Assembly (NCBI GenBank): GCA_963663235.2 | Contig: CAXXNO010000004.1 | Coordinates: 96,001 to 160,000 of the forward strand | Direction: 5' to 3' | Length of the DNA: 64,000 bases | Source: Dehalococcoidia bacterium | GTDB lineage: Bacteria; Chloroflexota; Dehalococcoidia; Bin125 | Part shown: positions 47,775-55,560 of the stretch, in pieces | How positions within the stretch are numbered: position 1 is the stretch's first letter | Layout of the letters: every line of letters starts with the position of its first letter | Program-made: the position numbers and the translations under genes | Notes under the pieces: model-generated | Databases searched by the model: none | Seen by the model: only the letters and a program-made list of their open reading frames with translations | Told to the model about the DNA's origin: nothing

Positions 47775-48206
47775 TCAAGGTCGAAACGGGATCAACTCCG
47801 TGAGGATGCCGCCTACGTCGGTGGGAACGAAAAAGGCGGCGGGGAGGCGTGAGGGGTCATGGCTGGGGCCGAGGTCGATCTGCGTGACGCCGTTCTCGCG
47901 CAGGCGTCGGATCTCACCTTCAAGGTCGTGCACGCCGAAGCAGATGTGGTGCAGGCCGGGGCCGCGTTTGGCCAGGTAGCGGGCGATGCCGCTGGTTGTG
48001 TCCTGCGGGATCAGCACTTCGATGCGGGCCTCGCCGGAGCCGGGCCGAACGAAGTAGATGCGGGTGTTCTGCGGCTTGAAGAGCGTGCCCTCCGGGAGGG
48101 TGGTGCGGGTCTCATCGACCTGGAGGCCGAGCCGGCCGAGGAGGACCTCCGACGCCTCATCCCAGGTACGCGCGACGATGCCGACGTGGTCGAGTTTGTC
48201 CAGCAT
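47775..48206 (-). CDS. VOC family protein (methylmalonyl-CoA epimerase-like)
   Basis: KLDHVGI, IEVLIP, RGPGLHHICF, GGILTEL; RBS GGAGG. Confidence 0.85.
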   Translation of the reverse strand: MLDKLDHVGIVARTWDEASEVLLGRLGLQVDETRTTLPEGTLFKPQNTRIYFVRPGSGEARIEVLIPQDTTSGIARYLAKRGPGLHHICFGVHDLEGEIRRLRENGVTQIDLGPSHDPSRLPAAFFVPTDVGGILTELIPFRP

Positions 48207-48358
48207 GAAATCGCCACCTCCCACGGTCGCGGGCAATATAGCGGCCACGTCCGTGCGAACAAGGGAGCGTGAGACGTTCGTTCGTGCCGGTTCTCCGTTG
48301 AGGTGCCGCTGCGCGAGGACTAGACTCCGCGCACTTCGGTCGAGGGAAAGAGGCAGCA

Positions 48359-49276
48359 ATGGAGCAGGTACGAATCCCGAGCGGCGGGGTGCGCATCGCC
48401 GGCGACCTCCATATTCCGGAGGGGATGCGGGCGGGGGAGCGGCGCCCTGGGCTGGTGCTGGGACACGGCTTCGGGATCCTGAAGCAGTCGCTGGTGACGC
48501 CCGCGGAGCACTTCCGTCGGGCGGGGTACGTGACGCTGGCCATCGACTACCGGACCTTCGGCGAGAGCGAGGGGGAACCGCGGGGGCAGCTCTTTCCGCT
48601 CAACGAGGTGGAAGACTACCGCAACGCGATCAGCTACCTGCAAACGCGACCGGAGGTGGACCCGGAGCAAATCGGGATCTGGGGGGCGAGCTTCGGAGGG
48701 GCGGTAGTGATCTGGACGGCCGCGGTCGATCGACGGGTGAAGGCGGTGGTGTCGGAGGTACCGGTGGTCAACGGGCGGCGCTGGATGCAGGCGCTGTACA
48801 CGAGCGCGGGCTGGGAGGCGCTGCTGGACCGGTTGGAGGCGGACCGGGAGCGCCGCTACGAAACGGGCGCGAGCGAACGGGTGCCGCCGACGCAGCGCCT
48901 GGGGCCCGAGGGGATCATCCCGATGAACCCACGGACGATGGCGTTCTTCGACGCGTACGCGAAGACGACGGATGAGCCGCTGCTGGTGGCGGAGCCGGAG
49001 ATCACGCTGGAGTCGATCGAGAAAGTCATCGAGTTCAACCCGGAGAGCGTGATCCACCAGATCGGGCCGCGACCGCTGACCATCGTGACCACGGGCGGTT
49101 GGGACGTTATCCACCTGCTGGACCAGATCCAGGACGCATACAAGAAGGCCAACGAGCCGAAGCGGCTGGTGCTGATCCCCTGCGAGGCCTACGAGATCTA
49201 CCACGAGCCGGCGCAGACCTGGGCGCTGGACGCCGCGTTGCAGAGCTTCCGGGAGGCGCTCCCCGTCGGAACGTAG
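48359..49276 (+). CDS. alpha/beta hydrolase
   Basis: LGHGF, IDYRTFGESEGEPR, IGIWGASFGG. Confidence 0.9.
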   Translation: MEQVRIPSGGVRIAGDLHIPEGMRAGERRPGLVLGHGFGILKQSLVTPAEHFRRAGYVTLAIDYRTFGESEGEPRGQLFPLNEVEDYRNAISYLQTRPEVDPEQIGIWGASFGGAVVIWTAAVDRRVKAVVSEVPVVNGRRWMQALYTSAGWEALLDRLEADRERRYETGASERVPPTQRLGPEGIIPMNPRTMAFFDAYAKTTDEPLLVAEPEITLESIEKVIEFNPESVIHQIGPRPLTIVTTGGWDVIHLLDQIQDAYKKANEPKRLVLIPCEAYEIYHEPAQTWALDAALQSFREALPVGT

Positions 49277-49298
49277 GCGGACCGCGAAGGAGTGCAGC

Positions 49299-50072
49299 GT
49301 GGCGCGTCGCTTCGAGCAGAAGGTTGTCGTGATCACGGGCGCGGCCGGCGGCATCGGCCGGGCGACGGCGGAGCGGTTCGCGTCGGAGGGGGCGCGACTG
49401 GCGCTGGTCGACCTGGCGGGCAGCGCGCTGGACCAAGCGGCGGCGGCGATCGAACGGGCCGGAGGCGAGGTGATCGCGGTGGCGGCGGACGTGAGCGACA
49501 CCGCCGACGTGCAGCGCTACGTGGGCGAGGCGAGGAGCCGTTTGGGCGGGATCGACTGCTTCTTCAACAACGCGGCGATCGAGGGCGTTATCGCGCCGAT
49601 CGTGGAATACCCGGAGGAGACCTGGGAGCGGGTCTTCGAGGTCAACGTGAAGGGGGTGTGGCTAGGGCTGAAGCACGTGGTCCCGGCCATGCGGGAGCGG
49701 GGCGGCGGGGCGATCGTGATCACGTCGTCGACGTCGGGGCTGCGGGGCGAAGCGAACAACTCGGCCTACAACGCCAGCAAGCACGCGGTGCTGGGGCTCA
49801 CACGGACGGCGGCGCAGGAGTTCGCGGCGGACGGGATCCGGGTGAACGCGATCTGCCCCGGGCCGATCGAGACGGAGATGCTGCACCGGATCGAGCGGAT
49901 GATCGAGCCGGACCAGCCTGAGGCGGCGCAGGCCCGGCTCCAAGAGTGGCCGCTGCTGAAGCGCTACGGCGAGCCGCGCGAGGTGGCGGCGATGGTGGCG
50001 TTCCTGTGCAGCAAGGACGCGTCGTACGTAACGGGCGGGGTGTACGTGGTGGATGGGGGGACGGTGGCGTAG
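49299..50072 (+). CDS. SDR family oxidoreductase
   Basis: ITGAAGGIG, NNAAIEG, YNASKHAV, IRVNAICPG. Confidence 0.93.
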   Translation: MARRFEQKVVVITGAAGGIGRATAERFASEGARLALVDLAGSALDQAAAAIERAGGEVIAVAADVSDTADVQRYVGEARSRLGGIDCFFNNAAIEGVIAPIVEYPEETWERVFEVNVKGVWLGLKHVVPAMRERGGGAIVITSSTSGLRGEANNSAYNASKHAVLGLTRTAAQEFAADGIRVNAICPGPIETEMLHRIERMIEPDQPEAAQARLQEWPLLKRYGEPREVAAMVAFLCSKDASYVTGGVYVVDGGTVA

Positions 50073-50144
50073 GGGGAGGGAGCGACGCCGATTACGGCGG
50101 CTGCGCGTCGACTATCTCGATCACCCGGCGGGCAGCGCGCAGTC

Positions 50145-50768
50145 CTAGCCCTGGGCGGCGGTCACAATCAGATCGGCGGCTTGCTCCGAGCTGAGGATGT
50201 CGGTGTTGATGACGAGGTCGTAGTGAGTGGGCTGCTCCTCCTCGATCTGGTAGAAGCGCTTGAGGTAGCTGCGGCGGTCGCGATCGGAGGCCTTGACGGT
50301 CTTCTTGGCGTCACGCTCACTCATAGAGGCGGTGTGCACAAGGCGCTGCGCCCGCGTGTCGGGGGAGGCGGTGACGAGCACGCGCAAGCAATCGCTCTTG
50401 CCGGCGAGCGCCATGCTGGCCCCGTGCGCCGCGATGACGACCCGTCCTTCGTCCCCGACCTCGCAGATCACCTCTATGATCAGGGGCTCGTAGCTCGACG
50501 GTGGGGGGTTGGCCGCTTGGTGGCCGGCGAGGACGCCGGTGGGGTCGACGGTGGCGGTGGTGGTAATCGCTTGCACGATCCGTTCGATGAGCGGCCGCTT
50601 GCGCTCCGCGGCGACGACGTCGGCCGGGGAGACGTGCGCCTTGGCCGCCGCTTTCATGATGATGGCGCCGTCCATATAGCGATATTTGAGGCGGCGAGCG
50701 ACGCTGGCGCCGATCTCTTCTCCACCGGCGCCGAGCGAGCGGGAGATACAAACGACCGCAGTGGCCAT
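50145..50768 (-). CDS. cytidylate kinase-like family protein
   Basis: CISRSLGAGGEEIG, SDRDRRSY, YDLVINT. Confidence 0.85.
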   Translation of the reverse strand: MATAVVCISRSLGAGGEEIGASVARRLKYRYMDGAIIMKAAAKAHVSPADVVAAERKRPLIERIVQAITTTATVDPTGVLAGHQAANPPPSSYEPLIIEVICEVGDEGRVVIAAHGASMALAGKSDCLRVLVTASPDTRAQRLVHTASMSERDAKKTVKASDRDRRSYLKRFYQIEEEQPTHYDLVINTDILSSEQAADLIVTAAQG

Positions 50769-50957
50769 CGATCTCTCCTTCCGCGCTGATCGCTGAGGAT
50801 CCCTCGGGCAGGCCTGGGATAGCAGTTTCGAGCCGCCGGACGCAAGAGACAGGGGCAGGGTCGGCGGGGAAGGAGCCTGTAGCGGTGGTGACGTAGATGC
50901 GGCGATTGGCGGGCGGAGGGGACATGCGCCGATCGTCGCGTGGGGCGCGCGGCGCGT

Positions 50958-51626
50958 CTACGAGGCGCCCGCGCTCTTTTCTTTGTGACGCGCCACGAGG
51001 GCACGGAACTTGGGGCCGTGCGCATCGCTCGATCGGAGGTCGGCGAGGTCGTTGTCCGTCTCGGCGTAGCCGAAGCGGGCGAAGTCGAGATCGAAGGTGC
51101 GCTCGAGATCGGCGAGGGCGTCGTCGAAGCGTTCGAGGCGGCTGAGGGCGCAGGCGCGATCGTAGAGGACGCTGGGGACGTCCGCCTCGAGCTCGAGCGC
51201 TTGGTCGAGAGCGTCGAGTGTTTCGTTATAGCGGCCGATCATCAGCAGGAGGCTGCCGTGGATGCCGTGGATCGTTGCGCTCTTCGTATCGAGCTTGAGG
51301 GCGGCGTCGACCGCGCGCAGGGCGTGCATGCCGCGCTGCAACCCGGCGAGCGGCATGGCGCGGTGGGCCAGGGTGAGGGGGTCATCCGGCTCCAGCTCCA
51401 GGGAACGGTCGTAGGCGTCGAGGGCCTCCTGGTAGCGGAAGAGCTGCGCCAGGGCGAGGCCGCGCTTGGTGTGAGAGGGGGCGTGGTCGGGGCGGAGCTC
51501 CAGCGCGGCGTCGTAGGCCTGGAGCGCCTCCTCCCAGTGGGTGGTGACGGCGAGGCCGTCGCCGCGGGCGAGGAGGGCGTCCGCGTCTTCGAGGCCGGCG
51601 TCGGGGGCGCTGTCGGCGTCGGGCAT
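50958..51626 (-). CDS. tetratricopeptide repeat protein
   Basis: Repeats EALQAYDAALELRP, EALDAYDRSLELEP; C-terminal YDRACALS...DNDLADLR. Confidence 0.88.
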   Translation of the reverse strand: MPDADSAPDAGLEDADALLARGDGLAVTTHWEEALQAYDAALELRPDHAPSHTKRGLALAQLFRYQEALDAYDRSLELEPDDPLTLAHRAMPLAGLQRGMHALRAVDAALKLDTKSATIHGIHGSLLLMIGRYNETLDALDQALELEADVPSVLYDRACALSRLERFDDALADLERTFDLDFARFGYAETDNDLADLRSSDAHGPKFRALVARHKEKSAGAS

Positions 51627-51699
51627 GGGGCGGGCCTCTCGCTCGATGCGGGCGCGGAGGGTCGAGTATAGGAGGTGGCCGGAGCGTTAGGATCGGTGC

Positions 51700-52596
51700 A
51701 TGGCGCTGGACCTGACGGGGATCATGGTGGCGACGGTGACGCCGTTCACGGGGGGCGGGGCGGCGGTCGACCACGAGTGGATGGCCGGGCATCTGCGGTT
51801 CCTGGAAGACGCAGGGATCACATCGGTGTTTCCGCTGGGCACCAACGGCGAGGGGTCGTCGGTGGGGGTGGAGGAGCGCAAGCGGGTCATCGAGACGGCA
51901 GTGCGACACAAGGGCGGGATGGGGGTGGTGGCGGGGGCGGGGACGCCGTCGCTGCCGGACACGATCCGCGCGGCCAACGACGCGCTCGACGCCGGGGCCG
52001 ACGCCGTGGCGATCCTGCCGCCGTACTTCTACGCCGACGCCGACGCGGCGGGGCTGGTCGCCTACTACAGCGCGGTGATCGAGGCGCTGCCGTCGCAGGG
52101 CCGGGTGCTGCTGTACAACATCCCCTCCAAAGCGCAGGTGGACATTCCCGACGAAGTGGCGCTGGCGCTGCTGGAGCTGCACGGCGAGCAGGTGATCGGG
52201 ATCAAGGATTCGAGCGGGGAGGTGGAGCGGACGCGCCGGTACGTGGAGCTTTCGCCGGAGCTGGCCGTGCTGGCGGGGTCGGACCGGCACCACGCGGAGC
52301 TGTACGGCGTCGGGTGCGTGGGCGGCGTCACCGGGCTCGGGAACGCCGTGCCGCACCTGGTGCTGGCGATCCAGGCGGCGCACCGTCGTGGCGGCGACGC
52401 CGCGCGGGCGCAGGCCGAGCTGGAGCGGCTGCGGGCCGTGCTGGCGGGCTTTCCGGCGTTCGGCGCGCTCAAGCACCTGATCACCCTGACGGCACGGCTG
52501 CCTCTGACCCAGGCGCGGCCGCCGAACCGGGACCTGACGGAGGAGGAGCGTCGTGACCTGGAGACCGCGGTCGGCGCCTACCTGCGGGTTGAGTGA
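51700..52596 (+). CDS. dihydrodipicolinate synthase family aldolase
   Basis: TVTPF, LGTNGEG, LPPYFY, LLYNIPS, GIKDSSG. Confidence 0.9.
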   Translation: MALDLTGIMVATVTPFTGGGAAVDHEWMAGHLRFLEDAGITSVFPLGTNGEGSSVGVEERKRVIETAVRHKGGMGVVAGAGTPSLPDTIRAANDALDAGADAVAILPPYFYADADAAGLVAYYSAVIEALPSQGRVLLYNIPSKAQVDIPDEVALALLELHGEQVIGIKDSSGEVERTRRYVELSPELAVLAGSDRHHAELYGVGCVGGVTGLGNAVPHLVLAIQAAHRRGGDAARAQAELERLRAVLAGFPAFGALKHLITLTARLPLTQARPPNRDLTEEERRDLETAVGAYLRVE

Positions 52597-52638
52597 CCGT
52601 TATACTGCGCGCAGGCGGCGGACCCAGGAAGCGGCCCG

Positions 52639-53322
52639 ATGCGCATCCTTGTAGCGGACGACGAACCGCACATCCGTGAACTCATACGCATGTACCTCTC
52701 GAAGGAGGGGTACCAGGTTGAGAGCGCGGTCGACGGGCAGGACGCGCTGGACAAAGCGCGCCGGCTGCAGCCGGACTTGATCGTGCTGGACCTGATGATG
52801 CCCCGCGTTGACGGGTTTGAAGTCACCAAAGAGCTCCGCGAGGAGTCGGACGTCCCGATCCTGATGCTCACGGTGCGCAAAGAGGATGCCATCAAGGTGA
52901 AGGGGCTGGAGCTGGGCGCGGACGACTACCTCACGAAGCCGTTCAACCCCAAGGAGTTGGTGGCCCGGGTCAAAGCGATCCTGCGGCGGGCGGACGGCCT
53001 GCAGCGCTCGGGGGTGGACGTGCAGATGGGGAGCCTGCATCTGCATCGCAAGCGGCGGGAGGCCACGCTGGGCGCGCGCACGCTCAACCTTCGCACCAAA
53101 GAGTTCGACCTGCTCTTTTGCCTGGCGCAGAACGCGGGGGCCGCGCTCTCGCGCGAGCAACTGCTAGAGATCGTGTGGGGCTACACCTTCGCGGGGGAAA
53201 CCCGCACCGTGGACGTGCACGTGAACCACCTGCGCCAGCGACTCCAGGACAGCGACATACGCATCGAGACGCTCCGGGGCGTGGGCTACAAGCTAACGGC
53301 GGCCCCCAGTGGCGACGCTTAG
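52639..53322 (+). CDS. OmpR/PhoB family response regulator (paralog of 20986)
   Basis: ILVADDE, LDLMMP, GADDYLTKPF, RTVDVHV, RGVGYK; TATACT at 52601-52606. Confidence 0.95.
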   Translation: MRILVADDEPHIRELIRMYLSKEGYQVESAVDGQDALDKARRLQPDLIVLDLMMPRVDGFEVTKELREESDVPILMLTVRKEDAIKVKGLELGADDYLTKPFNPKELVARVKAILRRADGLQRSGVDVQMGSLHLHRKRREATLGARTLNLRTKEFDLLFCLAQNAGAALSREQLLEIVWGYTFAGETRTVDVHVNHLRQRLQDSDIRIETLRGVGYKLTAAPSGDA

Positions 53323-54832
53323 CGTCGGACTGCGGCGGCCGCGCGCCCGGCTGACGCGTCCGGGCCTGAAGCTGCTCTCGCCGCTGCAAGGGATCCGTGC
53401 GCGGGTCTACGCCACGCTCGCGCTGGTGATCGTGCTGACGCTCGTGATCGCGGGCGTGGTGCTGTTCTTCCTGCTGGGCGGCTATCAGGACCGGCTCGCC
53501 ACCTCCACGCTGCGCCAGATCGGCGGACCGGTGTATGAGTCGGTCGCGACGCTGGCGGATGCGAACTTCCGGGCCTTCGAGGTCAGCCGACAGTTGCAGG
53601 GGACCGTCGGGGGAGAATCCGACGTACTGATCCTGTTCGTCAACGCAGACGCGGTTGTGGTCAGCGAAGCCAGCCGCGACCCGCGCTTCCGCGGCGAGCG
53701 CCTGGAGATCGACCTCGCCAAGGTGGGCGTGGGCACGGACGGGTTTGCGGAAGGCAATCTGAGCAGCGCGGACGGCACGCGCCTGACCTACTTGGCCACT
53801 GGACTGGAAGCGGAGGCGGCGGAGCGGTTCAACGCGTCGCACATCATCTTCGCGCTGCCGAACGAGAACCGGCAGGCGGTGCTGGGCGATCTCACCCCGC
53901 GGCTGGTTGTGGCCGGGGGCATGGCCCTGGTGGTGGCGATCATCGCGGCGCTCCTGCTTTCGCGCTCGATTTATCGGCCGCTGGAGGCCACCACCGCGGC
54001 GGCGCGGAGCGTGGCGCGGGGCCGCTTCGATCACAAGGTGTCGGTGAGCGGCACGAAGGAGGCGCGCGAGCTGGCAGAGTCGTTCAACCAGATGACCGAC
54101 GAAGTGCAAAGCCAGCAGGCCGCCCTGCGCGACTTCCTGGCGAACGTCTCGCATGACCTGCAAACGCCGTTGACCTCGATCCACGGCTTTTCGCAGGCGC
54201 TGCTGGACGGCACCGTCGACGACGGCGCTGCGCAGGGCAACGCGTACCGCATCATCGAAGAGGAATCGCGGCGCCTGCTGCGGCTGGTAGAGGGGCTGCT
54301 GGACCTCTCTCGGATCGAGGCGGGGCAATTGGAGCTGGTCCTGCAGCCCGTCGCCGTCGGCGACTTGCTCCAGCACGTCCACGACCTGTTTGCGCTGCGG
54401 GCGGACGAGCTGAACGTGCAGTTGCGCCTCGAACCGACAGACGTGCCAGCCGTCATTGGCGACGTGGACCGGCTGGAACAGGTGCTCGCGAACCTAGTCG
54501 ACAACGCCTTGCGCCACACGCCGCCCGGCGGGCAAGTGCGACTCAGCGCCCGCCAGGAAAGCGAGGCCACGGCGAGCATCGAGGTGAGCGACACCGGATC
54601 GGGGATCGCCGCCGACGCCATCCCACACCTCTTCGATCGCTACTACCGCTCCGACCGCAGCGGCGCGCAGGGCGGGACGGGTCTGGGCCTGGCGATCGCG
54701 CGCGAGCTGGTGCGCGCCCAACGCGGGGAGATCCAAGTGGAGAGCGGGTCGCAGGTGGGGACCAGCTTCCGCATCCTCCTGCGCACCCCACGCGACAGGA
54801 ACACGACGAGCAGGCGCCGGAGCCTGGTGTGA
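53309..54832 (+). CDS. HAMP-domain sensor histidine kinase (paralog of 21701)
   Basis: Two TM helices, VSHDLQTPLT, NLVDNALRH, DTGSGI, GTGLGLAI. Confidence 0.93.
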   Translation: MATLSVGLRRPRARLTRPGLKLLSPLQGIRARVYATLALVIVLTLVIAGVVLFFLLGGYQDRLATSTLRQIGGPVYESVATLADANFRAFEVSRQLQGTVGGESDVLILFVNADAVVVSEASRDPRFRGERLEIDLAKVGVGTDGFAEGNLSSADGTRLTYLATGLEAEAAERFNASHIIFALPNENRQAVLGDLTPRLVVAGGMALVVAIIAALLLSRSIYRPLEATTAAARSVARGRFDHKVSVSGTKEARELAESFNQMTDEVQSQQAALRDFLANVSHDLQTPLTSIHGFSQALLDGTVDDGAAQGNAYRIIEEESRRLLRLVEGLLDLSRIEAGQLELVLQPVAVGDLLQHVHDLFALRADELNVQLRLEPTDVPAVIGDVDRLEQVLANLVDNALRHTPPGGQVRLSARQESEATASIEVSDTGSGIAADAIPHLFDRYYRSDRSGAQGGTGLGLAIARELVRAQRGEIQVESGSQVGTSFRILLRTPRDRNTTSRRRSLV

Positions 54833-55560
54833 CGGTGCGCAGCCCGGTCTCTCGTCGGGCGCGGCCAGCGCTCGCGCTGCTGGCCGCGCTAGGGTTGGTC
54901 CTGGCGGCCTGCGGGGGCAACGGCAGCGAGCCGGCCGTAGAACCCGCGCCCGAGCCCGAGCGCAACCCAGGTGTCATCGTCGAGGTGCTGGCGGAAGACA
55001 TCGCGGCGGGTTTCGAGGAGATCAACTTCTATCACGACATCCCTGGGCTGTTGCTGGAGAGCGACGATCCGGTCCTCTCGGGGCTGGGGAGCCTGGCCAG
55101 TGAGGCCGGCCGCTCCGACGGCCAGGGCTTCGCCAATCTCGAGACCGGCGAGTTGGTGTTCGTGATCACGGTGGTTCTCAACTCGCTTGACGACGCGCAC
55201 GGCGCGTTGGACTACATCGCGGCGCAGACGGTCGAAACCATCTTTCAGTTCATCAGCCCCGATGAGACGCTGTTCGATCGCGAACGACTGGCCGACCCTC
55301 GGATGGGGGAGCGGGCGGTCCGTTACTCCCTGCGATACGGATCCGAGGAGGGGGGGCGGCGCACGCGAGACGTGGCGACAGACCTGATCATCTTCACCAC
55401 CGGCGGCAGCCTGGTCTTCGTGCTGCAGTCCGTGACCACCGGCGACAAGGCGAGCGCGGCAGGACAAAGCGTGGATCTCGTGACGCTGAGCCGTACGATC
55501 AGCGATCGCATCGTGGACGAGCAGGCGGCGGCGCCAGAGCCCAGCGAGATGTCCCCCTAG
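54829..55560 (+). CDS. hypothetical lipoprotein
   Basis: Lipobox VLAAC; start overlaps the kinase stop (GTGA). Confidence 0.82.
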   Translation: MTVRSPVSRRARPALALLAALGLVLAACGGNGSEPAVEPAPEPERNPGVIVEVLAEDIAAGFEEINFYHDIPGLLLESDDPVLSGLGSLASEAGRSDGQGFANLETGELVFVITVVLNSLDDAHGALDYIAAQTVETIFQFISPDETLFDRERLADPRMGERAVRYSLRYGSEEGGRRTRDVATDLIIFTTGGSLVFVLQSVTTGDKASAAGQSVDLVTLSRTISDRIVDEQAAAPEPSEMSP

